This document shows positions 36,099 to 48,000 of a stretch of 64,000 nucleotides of DNA, piece after piece; the stretch's first letter is position 1, and the number at the start of each line of letters is the position of its first letter. Origin of the DNA: the human T2T-CHM13v2.0 reference genome, Homo sapiens. The position numbers and the translations under genes are program-made. Location: the NCBI RefSeq assembly GCF_009914755.1, contig NC_060940.1. One strand, given 5' to 3'. The notes beneath the pieces were generated by a model that was given only the letters and a program-made list of their open reading frames with translations, searched no databases and was not told the DNA's origin.

Positions 36099-39000
36099 TG
36101 GCCTGGCTGGCTGGCTGGCATGGCTGGCTGGCTGGTTTTGGCTGGGTGGCTTGGCTGGCTTGGCTGGCTTGGTTGGCTGGCAGGCTTGGCTGGCTGGCTG
36201 GCTTGGCTGGCTTGGTTGGCTGTGTGGCTTGGCTGGCTTGGCTGGCTGGCTGGCTTTGGCTGGGTGGCTTGGCTGGCTTGGTTGGCTGGCAGGCTTGGCT
36301 GGCTGGCTGGCTTGGCTGGCTTGGTTGGCTGTGTGGCTTGGCTGGCTTGGCTGGCTGGCTGGCTGGCTGGCTTGGCTGGCTTGGTTGGCTGTGTGGCTTG
36401 GCTGGCTTGGCTGGCTGGCTGGCTTGGCTGGCTGCCTGGCTGGCTTGGCTGGCTTGGCTGGTTGGCTGGCTTGGCTGGATGGCTGGCTGTGGCTGGGTGG
36501 CTTGGCTGGCTTGGCTGGCTGGGTGGCTTGGCTGGCTTGGCTGGCTGGCTTGGCTGCCTGGCTGGCTGGCTTGGCTGGCTGTGTGGCTTGGCTGTCTTGG
36601 CTGGCTTGGCTGGCTGGCTGGCTTGTCTGGCTGGCTGGCTGGCTTGGGTGGCTTGGCTGGCTGGCTGGCTGGCTGGCTTGGCTGGCTTGGCTGGCTGGCT
36701 GGCTTTGACTGGGTGGCTTGGCTGGCTTGCCTGGCTGGGTTGGTTGGCTGGCTTGGATGGCTTGGCCGGCTGGCTGGCTTGGCTGGCTTGGCTGGATGGA
36801 TGGCTTGGCTGGCTTGGCTGGCTGGCTGGCTGGCTTGGCTGGCTTGGCTGGCTGTCTGGCTGGATTGGCAGGCTTGGCTGGATGGCTGGCTTGGCTGGCT
36901 TGGCTGGCTATGTGGCTTGGCTGGCTTGGCTGGCTTGGCTGGCTCTGTGGCTTGGCTGGCTTGGCTGGCTTGGCTGGCTGGCTGGCTTGGCTGGTTGGCT
37001 TGGCTGGCTGGGTCACTTGGCTGGCTTGGCTGGCTGGCTGGCTTTGGCTGGGTGGCTTGGCTGGCTTGGCTGGCTGGGTGGCTTGGCTGGCTTGGCTGGT
37101 TGGCTGGCTGGGTGGCTTGGCTGACTTGGCTCACTGGGTGGCTTGGCTGGCTTGGGTGGCTCTGTGGCTTGGCTGGCTGGGCTGCCTGGGTGGCTTGGCT
37201 GGCTGGCTTGGCGGCTTGGGTGGCTTGGCTCGCTTGGGTGGCTTTGCTGGCTGGCTTGGCTGGCTTGGCTGGCTTGGCTGGATTGCCTGGCTGGCTGGCT
37301 TGGCTGGCTTGGCTGCCTGGCTGGCTTGGCTGGCTTGGCTGGCTGGCTTTGGCTGGGTGGTTTGGCTGGCTTGGCGGGCTGGGTGGCTTGGCTGGCTTGG
37401 CCGGCTGGGTGTCTTGGCTGGCTTGGCTAGATTGTCCGGCTGGGTGGCTTGGCTGCCTTGGCCGGCTGGATTTCTTGGCTGGCTTGACTGGCTGGCTGGC
37501 TTGGCTGGCATGGCTGGCTGGCTGGCTAGGCTGGCTTGGATCGCTGGCTGGCTTTGGCTGGGAGGCTTGGCTGCCTTGGCTGGCTGGGTGGCTTGGCTGA
37601 CTTGGCTGGCCTGGGTGGCTGGGTGGCTTGGCTTGCCTGGCTGTCTGGCTGGCTTGGCTGGCTGGCTGGCTTTGGCTGGCTGGCTTGGCTGGCTTGGCTG
37701 GCTGGGTGGCTTGGCTGGCTTGGATGGCTTGGCTGGCTTGGCCGGCTGTGCTGGCTTGGCTGGCTTGGCTGGCTGGCTGACTGGGTGGCTTGGCTGGCTG
37801 GCTGGCTTGGCTGGCTTGGCTGGCTGGATGGCTTCACTTGCTTGGCTGGCTGGGTGGCTTGGCTGGCTTGGCTGGCTTGGCTGACTTGGCTCGCTGGCTG
37901 GCTAGGCTGGCTGGCTTTGGCTGGGAGGCTTGGCTGCCTTAGCTGGCTGGGTGGCTTGGCGGGCTTGGCTGGCCTTGCTGGCTGGGTGGCTTGGCTGGCC
38001 TGGCTGGCTGGCTGGCATGGCTGGCTGGCTGGCTTTGGCTGGGTGGCTTGGCTGGCTTGGCTGGGTTGGTTGGCTGGCAGGCTTGGCTGGCTGGCTGGCT
38101 TGGCTGGCTTGGTTGGCTGTGTGGCTTGGCTGGCTTGGCTGGCTGGCTGACTGGGTGGCTTGGCTGGCTGGCTGGCTTGGCTGTCTTGGCTGGCTGGATG
38201 GCTTGGCTGGCTTGGCTGGCTGGCTGGCTTCACTGGCTTGGCTGGCTGGGTGGCTTGGCTGGCTTGGCTGGCTTGGCTCGCTGGCTGGCTAGGCTGGCTG
38301 GCTTTGACTGGGAGGCTTGGCTGCCTTGGCTGGCTGGGTGGCTTGGCGGGCTTGGCTGGCCTTGCTGGCTGGGTGGCTTGGCTGGCCTGGCTGGCTGGCT
38401 GGCATGGCTGGCTGGCTGGCTTTGGCTGGGTGGCTTGGCTGGCTTGGCTGGCTTGGTTGGCTGGCAGGCTTGGCTGGCTGGCTGGCTTGGCTGGCTTGGT
38501 TGGCTGTGTGGCTTGGCTGGCATGGCTGGCTGGCTGGCTTGGCTGGCTTGGTTGGCTGTGTGGCTTGGCTGGCTTGGCTGGCTGGCTGGCTTGGCTGGCT
38601 GCCTGGCTGGATTGGCTGGCTTGGCTGGTTGGCTGGCTTGGCTGGATGGCTGGCTTTGGCTGGGTGGCTTGGCTGGCTTGGCTGGCTGGGTGGCTTGGCT
38701 GCCTGGCTGGCTGGCTTGGCTGGCTCTGTGGCTTGGCTGTCTTGGCTGGCTTGGCTGGCTGGCTGGCTTGTCCGGCTGGCTGGCTGGCTTGGGTGGCTTG
38801 GCTGGCTGGCTGGCTTGGTTGGGTGGCTTGGCTGGCTGGGCCGCTTGGCTGGCTTGGCTGGCTGGCTGGCTTGGCTGGCTTGGCTGGCTGGCTGGCTGGC
38901 TTTGACTGGGTGGCTTGGCTGGCTTGCCTGGCTGGGTTGGTTGGCCGGCTTGGATGGCTTGGCCGGCTGGGTGGCTTGGCTGGCTTGGCTGGATGGATGG

Positions 39001-42000
39001 CTTGGCTGGCTTGCCTGGCTGGCTGGCTGGCTTGGCTGGCTTGGCTGGCTGTCTGGCTGGATTGGCAGGCTTGGCTGGATGGCTGGCTTGGCTGGCTTGG
39101 CTGGCTCTGTGGTTTGGCTGGCTTGGCTGGCTTGGCTGGCTCAGTGGCTTGGCTGGCTGGCTGGCTTGGCTGGCTTGGCTGGCTGGCTGGCTTTGACTGG
39201 GTGGCTTGGCTGGCTTGCATGGCTGGGTTGGTTGGCTGGCTTGGATGGCTTGGCCGGCTGGGTGGCTTGGCAGGCTTGGCTGGATGGATGGCTTGCCTGG
39301 CTTGGCTGGCTGGCTGGCTGGCTTGGCTGGCTTGGCTGGCTGTCTGGCTGGATTGGCAGGCTTGGCTGGATGGCTGGCTTGGCTGGCTTGGCTGGCTATG
39401 TGGCTTGGCTGGCTTGGCTGGCTCTGTGGCTTGGCTGGCTTGGCTGGCTTGGCTGGCTTGGCTGGGTGGCTTGGTTGGCTGGGTCACTTGGCTGGCTTGG
39501 CTGGCTGGCTGGCTTTGGCTGGGTGGCTTGGCTGGCTTGGCTGGCTGGGTGGCTTGGCTGGCTGGGTCACTTGGCTGGCTTGGCTGGCTGGCTGGCTTTG
39601 GCTGGGTGGCTTGGCTGGCTTGGCTGGCTGGGTGGCTTGGCTGGCTTGGCTGGTTGGCTGGCTGGGTGGCTTCGCTGGCTTGGCTCGCTGGGTGGCTTGG
39701 CTGGCTTGGGTGGCTCTGTGGCTTGGCTGGCTGGGCTGCCTGGGTGGCTTGGCTGGCTGGCTTGGCGGCTTGGGTGGCTTGGCTCGCTTGGGTGGCTTTG
39801 CTGGCTGGCTTGGCTGGCTTGCCTGGGTGGCTGGCTTGGCCGGCTTGGCTGCCTGGCTGGCTTGGCTGGCTTCGCTGGCTGGCTTTGGCTGGGTGGTTTG
39901 GCTGGCTTGGCGGCCTGGGTGGCTTGGCTGGCTTGGCCGGCTGGGTGTCTTGGCTGGCTTGGCTAGCTTGTCCGGCTGGGTGACTTGGCTGCCTTGGCCA
40001 GCTGGATTTCTTGGCTGACATGACTGGCTGGCTGGCTTGGCTGGCATGGCTGGCTGGCTGGCTAGGCTGGCTTGGATCGCCGGCTGGCTTTGGCTGGGAG
40101 GCTTGGCTGCCTTGGCTGGCTGGGTGGCTTGGCTGGCTTGGCTGGCCTGGGTGGCTGGGTGGCTTGGCTTGCCTGGCGGTCTGGCTGGCTTGGCTGGCTG
40201 GCTGGCTTTGGCTGGGTGGCTTGGCTGGCTTGGCTGGCTGGGTGGCTTGGCTGGCTAGCTGGCTTGGCTGGCTTGGCTGGCTGTGTGGCTTGGCTGGCTT
40301 GGCTGGCTGGCTGGCTTGGCTGGCTGCCTGGCTGGCTTGGCTGTCTTGGCTGACTGGCTGGCTTGACTGCCTGGCTGGCTTTGGCTGGGTGGCTTGGCTG
40401 GCTTGGCTGGCTGGGTGGCTTGGCTGGCTTGGATGGCTTGGCTGGCTTGGCCGGCTGTGCTGGCTTGGCTGGCTTGGCTGGCTGGCTGACTGGGTGGCTT
40501 GGCTGGCTGGCTGGCTTGGCTGGCTTGGCTGGCTGGATGGCTTGGCTGGCTTGGCTGGCTGGCTGGCTTCACTGGCTTGGCTCGCTGGGTGGCTTGGCTG
40601 GCTTGGCTGGCTTGGCTCGCTGGCTGGCTAGGCTGGCTGGCTTTGGCTGGGAGGCTTGGCTGCCTTGGCTGGCTGGGTGGCTTGGCGGGCTTGGCTGGCC
40701 TTGCTGACTGGGTGGCTTGGCTGGCCTGGCTGGCTGGCTGGCATGGCTGGCTGGCTGGCTTTGGCTGGGTGGCTTGGCTGGCTTGGCTGGCTTGGTTGGC
40801 TGGCAGGCTTGGCTGGCTGGCTGGCTTGGCTGGCTTGGTTGGCTGTGTGGCTTGGCTGGCTTGGCTGGCTGGCTGGCTTGGCTGGCTTGGTTGGCTGTGT
40901 GGCTTGGCTGGCTTGGCTGGCTGGCTGGCTTGGCTGGCTGCCTGGCTGCCTTGGCTGGCTTGGCTGGTTGGCTGGCTTGGCTGGATGGCTGGCTTTGGCT
41001 GGGTGGCTTGGCTGGCTTGGCTGGCTGGGTGGCTTGGCTGGCTTGGATGGCTGGCTTGGCTGCCTGGCTGGCTGGCTTGGCTGGCTGTGTGGCTTGGCTG
41101 TCTTGGCTGGCTTGGCTGGCTGGCTGGCTTGTCTGGCTGGCTGTCTGGCTTGGGTGGCTTGGCTGGCTGGCTTGCTTGGCTGGCTGGCTAGGCTGGCTTG
41201 GATCGCTGGCTGGCTTTGGCTGGGAGGCTTGGCTGCCTTGGCTGGCTGGGTGGCTTGGATGGCTTGGCTGGCCTGGGTGGCTGGGTGGCTTGGCTTGCCT
41301 GGCTGTCTGGCTGGCTTGGCTGGCTGGCTGGCTTTGGCTGGGTGGCTTGGCTGGCTTGGCTGGCTTGGCTGGCTGGCAGGCTTGGCTGGCTAGCTGGCTT
41401 GGCTGGCTTGGCTGGCTGTGTGGCTTGGCTGGCTTGGCTGGCTGGCTGGCTTGGCTGGCTGCCTGGCTGGCTTGGCTGTCTTGGCTGACTGGTTGGCTTG
41501 ACTGCCTGGCTGGCTTTGGCTGGGTGGCTTGGCTGGCTTGGCTGGCTGGGTGGCTTGGCTGGCTTGGATGGCTTGGCTGGCTTGGCCGGCTGTGCTGGCT
41601 TGGCTGGCTTGGCTGGCTGGCTGACTGGGTGGCTTGGCTGGCTGGCTGGCTTGGCTGGCTTGGCTGGCTGGATGGCTTGGCTGGCTTGGTTGGCTGGCTG
41701 GCTTCACTGGCTTGGCTGGCTGGGTGGCTTGGCTGGCTTGGCTGGCTTGGCTGGCTTGGCTGGCTTGGCTCGCTGGCTGGCTAGGCTGGCTGGCTTTGGC
41801 TGGGAGGCTTGGCTGCCTTGGCTGGCTGCGTGGCTTGGCGGGCTTGGCTGGCCTTGCTGGCTGGGTGGCTTGGCTGGCCTGGCTGGCTGGCTGGCATGGC
41901 TGGCTGGCTGGCTTTGGTTGGGTGGCTTGGCTGGCTTGGCTGGGTTGGTTGGCTGGCAGGCTTGCCTGGCTGGCTGTCTTGGCCGGCTTGGTTGGCTGTG

Positions 42001-45000
42001 TGGCTTGGCTGGCTTGGCTGGCTGGCTGGCTTGGCTGGCTTGGTTGGCTGTGTGGCTTGGCTGGCTTGGCTGGCTGGCTGGCTTGGCTGGCTGCCTGGCT
42101 GGATTGGCTGGCTTGCCTGGTTGGCTGGCTTGGCTGGATGGCTGGCTTTGGCTGGGTGGCTTGGCTGGCTTGGCTGGCTGGGTGGCTTGGCTGGCTTGGC
42201 TGGCTGGCTTGGCTGCCTGGCTGGCTGGCTTGGCTGGCTGTGTGGCTTGGCTGTCTTGGCTGGCTTGGCTGGCTGGCTGGCTTGTCTGGCTGGCTGGCTG
42301 GCTTGGGTGGCTTGGCTGGCTGGCTGGCTTGGCTGGGTGGCTTGGCTGGCTGGGCCGCTTGGCTGGCTTGGCTGGCTGGCTGGCTTGGCTGGTTTGGCTG
42401 GCTTGGCTGGCTTGGCTGGCTGGCTGGCTTTGACTGGGTGGCTTGGCTGGCTTGCCTGGCTGGGTTGGTTGGCTGGCTTGGATGGCTTGGCCGGCTGGGT
42501 GGCTTGGCTGGCTTGGCTGGATGGATGGCTTGGCTGGCTTGGCTGGCTGGCTGGCTGGCTTGGCTGGCTGTCTGGCTGGATTGGCAGGCTTGGCTGGATG
42601 GCTGGCTTGGCTGGCTTGGCTGGCTATGTGGCTTGGCTGGCTTGGCTGGCTATGTGGCTTGGCTGGCTTGGCTGGCTTGGCTGGCTTGGCTGGCTGGCTG
42701 GCTTGGCTGGGTGGCTTGGTTGGCTGGGTCACTTGGCTGGCTTGGCTGGCTGGCTGGCTTTGGCTGGGTGGCTTGGCTGGCTTGGCTGGCTGGGTGGCTT
42801 GGCTGGCTGGCTGGCTTGGCTGGGTGGCTTGGCTGGCTGTGTGGCTTGGCTGTCTTGGCTGGCTTGGCTGGCCGGCTTGGCTAGCTGTGTGGCTTGGCTG
42901 TCTTGGCTGGCTTGGCTGGCTGGCTGGCTTGTCTGGCTGGCTGGCTGGCTTGGGTGGCTTGGCTGGCTGGCTGGCTTGGCTGGGTGGCTTGGCTGGCTGG
43001 GCCGCTTGGCTGGCTTGGCTGGCTGGCTGGCTTTGACTGGGTGGCTTGGCTGGTTTACCTGGCTGGGTTGGTTGGCTGGCTTGGATGGCTTGGCCGGCTG
43101 GGTGGCTTGGCTGGCTTGGCTGGATGGATGGCTTGGCTGGCTTGGCTGGCTGGCTGGCTGGCTTGGCTGGCTTGGCTGGCTGTCTGGCTGGATTGGCAGG
43201 CTTGGCTGGATGGCTGGCTTGGCTGGCTTAGCTGGCTATGTGGCTTGGCTGGCTTGGCTGGCTGTGTGGCCTGGCTGGCTTGGCTGGCTTGGCTGGCTGG
43301 CTGGCTTGGCTGGGTGGCTTGGTTGGCTGGGTCACTTGACTGGCTTGGCTGGCTGGCTGGCTTTGGCTGGGTGGCTTGGCTGGCTTGGCTGGCTGGGTGG
43401 CTTGGCTGGCTTGGCTGGTTGGCTGGCTGGGTGGCTTGGCTGGCTTGGCTCGCTGGGTGGCTTGGCTGGCTTGGGTGGCTCTGTGGCTTGGCTGGCTGGG
43501 CTGCCTGGGTGGCTTGGCTGGCTGGCTTGGCGGCTTGGGTGGCTTGGCTCGCTTGGGTGGCTTTGCTGGCTGGCTTGGCTGGCTTCGCTGGCTTGCCTGG
43601 CTTGCCTGGCTGGCTGGCTTGGCCGGCTTGGCTGCCTGGCTGGCTTGGCTGGCTTGGCTGGCTGGCTTTGGCTGGGTGGTTTGGCTGGCTTGTCCGGCTG
43701 GGTGGCTTGGCTGCCTTGGCCGGCTGGATTTCTTGGCTGGCTTGACTGGCTGGCTGGCTTGGCTGGCATGGCTGGCTGGCTGGCTAGGCTGGCTTGGATC
43801 GCTGGCTGGCTTTGGCTGGGAGGCTTGGCTGCCTTGGCTGGCTGGGTGGCTTGGCTGGCTTGGCTGGCCTGGGTGGCTGGGTGGCTTGGCTTGCCTGGCT
43901 GTCTGGCTGGCTTGGCTGGCTGGCTGGCTTAGGCTGGGTGGCTGGGCTGGCTTGGCTGCCTGGCAGGCTTGGCTGGCTAGCTGGCTTGGCGGGCTTGGCT
44001 GGCTGTGTGGCTTGGCTGGCTTGGCTGGCTGGCTGGCTTGGCTGGCTGGCTGCGGGGCTGGCTTGGCTGTCTTGGCTGACTGGCTGGCTTGACTGCCTGG
44101 CTGGCTTTGGCTGGGTGGCTTGGCTGGCTTGGCTGGCTGGGTGGCTTGGCTGGCTTGGATGGCTTGGCTGGCTTGGCCGGCTGTGCTGGCTTGGCTGGCT
44201 TGGCTGGCTGGCTGACTGGGTGGCTTGGCTGGCTAGCTGGCTTGGCTGGCTTGGCTGGCTGGATGGCTTGGCTGGCTTGGCTGGCTGGCTGGCTTCACTG
44301 GCTTGGCCGGCTGGGTGGCTTGGCTGGCTTGGCTGGCTTGGCCGGCTTGGCTCGCTGGCTGGCTAGGCTGGCTGGCTTTGGCTGGGAGGCTTGGCTGCCT
44401 TGGCTGGCTGGGTGGCTTGGCGGGCTTGGCTGGCCTTGCTGGCTGGGTGGCTTGGCTGGCCTGGCTGGCTGGCTGGCATGGCTGGCTGGCTGGCTTTGGC
44501 TGGGTGGCTTGGCTGGCTTGGCTGGGTTGGTTGGCTGGCAGGCTTGGCTGGCTGGCTGGCTTGGCTGGCTTGGTTGGCTGTGTGGCTTGGCTGGCTTGGC
44601 TGGCTGGCTGGCTTGGCAGGCTTGGTTGGCTGTGTGGCTTGGCTGGCTTCGCTGGCTGGGTGGCTTGGCTGGCTTGGATGGCTGGCTTGGCTGCCTGGCT
44701 GGCTGGCTTGGCTGGCTGTGTGGCTTGGCTGTCTTGGCTGGCTTGGCTGGCTGGCTGGCTTGTCTGGCTGGCTGGCTGGCTTGCGTGGCTTGGCTGGCTG
44801 GCTGGGTTGGCTGGCTGGCTAGGCTGGCTTGGATCGCTGGCTGGCTTTGGCTGGGAAGCTTGGCTGCCTTGGCTGGCTGGGTGGCTTGGCTGGCTTGGCT
44901 GGCCTGGGTGGCTGGGTGGCTTGGCTTGCCTGGCTGTCTGGCTGGCTTGGCTGGCTGGCTGGCTTTGGCTGGGTGGCTTGGCTGGCTTGGCTGGCTGGCA

Positions 45001-48000
45001 GGCTTGGCTGGCTAGCTGGCTTGGCTGGCTTGGCTGGCTGTGTGGCTTGGCTGGCTTGGCTGGCTTGGCTGGCTGGCTGGCTTGGCTGGCTGCCTGGCTG
45101 GCTTGGCTGTCTTGGCTGACTGGCTGGCTTGACTGCCTGGCTGGCTTTGGCTGGGTGGCTTGGCTGGCTTGGCTGGCTGGGTGGCTTGGCTGGCTTGGAT
45201 GGCTTGGCTGGCTTGGCCGGCTGTGCTGGCTTGGCTGGCTTGGCTGGCTGGCTGAATGGGTGGCTTGGCTGGCTGGCTGGCTTGGCTGGCTTGGCTGGCT
45301 GGATGGCTTGGCTGGCTTGCCTGGCTGGCTGGCTTGGCTGGCTTTGCCGGCTGGGTGGCTTGGCTGGCTTTGCTGGCTTGGCCGGCTTGGCTCGCTGGCT
45401 GGCTAGGCTGGCTGGCTTTGGCTGGGAGGCTTGGCTGCCTTGGCTGGCTGGGTGGCTTGGCGGGCTTGGCTGGCCTTGCTGGCTGGGTGGCTTGGCTGGC
45501 CTGGCTGGCTGGCTGGCATGGCTGGCTGGCTGGCTTTGGCTGGGTGGCTTGGCTGGCTTGGCTGGGTTGGTTGGCTGGCAGGCTTGGCTGGCTGGCTGGC
45601 TTGGCCGGCTTTGTAGGCTGTGTGGCTTGGCTGGCTTGGCTGGCTGGCTGGCTTGGCTGGCTTGGTTGGCTGTGTGGCTTGGCTGGCTTGGCTGGCTGGC
45701 TGGCTTGGCTGGCTGCCTGGCTGGATTGGCTGGCTTGGCTGGTTGGCTGGCTTGGCTGGTTGGCTGGCTTGGCTGGCTGGCTGGGTTGGCTGGCTGCCTG
45801 GCTGGCTTGGCTGGCTTGGCTGGTTTGGCTGGTTGGCTGGCTTGGCTGGCTGGCTGGCTTTCGCTGGGTGGCTTGGCTGGCTTGGCTGGCTGGGTGGCTT
45901 AGCTGGCTTGGCTGTTTGGCTGGCTGGGTGGCTTGGCTGGCTTGGCTCGCTGGGTGGCTTGGCTGGCTTGGGTGGCTCTGTGGCTTGGCTGGCTGGGCTG
46001 CCTGGGTGGCTTGGCTGGCTGGCTTGGCGGCTTGGGTGGCTTGGCTGGCTTGGGTGGCTCTGTGGCTTGGCTGGCTGGGCTGCCTGGGTGGCTTGGCTGG
46101 CTGGCTTGGCGGCTTGGGTGGCTTGGCTCGCTTGGGTGGCTTTGCTGGCTGGCTTGGCTGGCTTCGCTGGCTTGCCTGGCTGGCTGGCTTGGCCGGCTTG
46201 GCTGCCTGGCTGGCTTGGCTGGCTTGGCTGGCTGGCTTTGCCTGGGTGGTTTGGCTGGCTTGGCGGGCTGGGTGGCTTGGCTGGCTTGGCCGTCTGGGTG
46301 TCTTGGCTGGCTTGGCTAGCTTGTCCAGCTGGGTGGCTTGGCTGCCTTGGCCGGCTGGATTTCTTGGCTGGCTTGACTGGCTGGCTGGCTTGGCTGGCAT
46401 GGCTGGCTGGCTGGCTAGGCTGGCTTGGATCGCTGGCTGGCTTTGGCTGGGAGGCTTGGCTGCCTTGGCTGGCTGGGTGGCTTGGCTGGCTTGGCTGGCT
46501 TGGCTGGCTTGGCTGGCTGCCTGGCTGGATTGGCTGGCTTGGCTGGTTGGCTGGCTTGGCTGAATGGCTGGCTTTGGCTGGGTGGCTTGGCTGGCTTGGC
46601 TGGCTGGGTGGCTTGGCTGGCTTGGCTGGCTGGCTTGGCTGCCTGGCTGGCTGGCTTGGCTGGCTCTGTGGCTTGGCTGTCTTGGCTGGCTTGGCTGGCT
46701 GGCTGGATTGTCTGGCTGGCTGGCTGGCTTGGGTGGCTTGGCCGGCTGGCTGGCTGGCTGGCTTTGACTGGGTGGCTTGGCTGGCTTGCCTGGCTGGGTT
46801 GGTTTTCTGGCTTGGATGGCTTGGCCGGCTGGGTAGCTTGGCTGTCTTTGCTGGCTTGGCTGGATGGATGGCTTGGCTGGCTTGGCTGGCTGGCTGGCTG
46901 GCTTGGCTGGCTTGGCTGGCTGTCTGGCTGGATTGGCAGGCTTGGCTGGATGGCTGGCTTGGCTGGCTTGGCTGGCTATGTGGCTTGGCTGGCTTGGCTG
47001 GCTCTGTGGCTTGGCTGGCTTGGCTGGCTTGGGCTGGCTTGGCTGGCTGGCTGGCTTGGCTGGGTGGCTTGGCTGGCTGGGTCACTTGGCTGGCTTGGCT
47101 GGCTGGCTGGCTTTGGCTGGCTGGCTTGGCTGGCTTGGCTGGCTGGGTGGCTTGGCTGGCTTGGATGGCTTGGCTGGCTTGGCCGGCTGTGCTGGCTTGG
47201 CTGGCTTGGCTGGCTGGCTGACTGGGTGGCTTGGCTGGCTGGCTGGCTTGGCTGGCTTGGCTGGCTGGATGGCTTGGCTGGCTTGGCTGGCTGGCTGGCT
47301 TCACTGGCTTGGCTGGCTGGGTGGCTTGGCTGGCTTGGCTGGCTTGGTTGGCTTGGCTGGCTGGGTGGCTTGGCTGGCTTGGATGGCTGTCTTGGCTGCC
47401 TGGCTGGCCAGCTTGGCTGGCTGTGTGGCTTGGCTGTCCTGGCTGGCTTGGCTGGCTGGCTGGCTTGTCTGGCTGGCTGGCTGGCTTGGGTGGCTTGGCT
47501 GGCTGGCTGGCTTGGCTGGGTGGCTTGGCTGGCTGGGCCGCTTGGCTGGCTTGGCTGGCTGGCTGGCTTGGCTGGCTTGGCTGGCTGGCTGGCTTTGACT
47601 GGGTGGCTTGGCTGGCTTGCCTGGCTGGGTTGGTTGGCTGGCTTGGATGGCTTGGCCGGCTGGGTGGCTTGGCTGGCTTGGCTGGATGGATGGCTTGGCT
47701 GGCTTGGCTGGCTTTGCTGGCTTGGCTGGCTGGCTGGCTGGCTTGGCTGGCTTGGCTGGCTGTCTGGCTGGATTGGCAGGCTTGGCTGGATGGCTGGCTT
47801 GGCTGGCTTGGCTGGCTGGCTGGCTGGCTTGGCTGGCTTGGCTGGCTGTCTGGCTGGATTGGCAGGCTTGGCTGGATGGCTGGCTTGGCTGGCTTGGCTG
47901 GCTATGTGGCTTGGCTGGCTTGGCTGGCTATGTGGCTTGGCTGGCTTGGCTGGCTTGGCTGGCTGGCTGGCTTGGCTGGGTGGCTTGGTTGGCTGGGTCA

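Noticed and set aside
32786-36121. Minus-strand FHFIISS-repeat ORFs that look like membrane proteins
   Set aside because: These are translations of the (ATTTC/ATC)n array.
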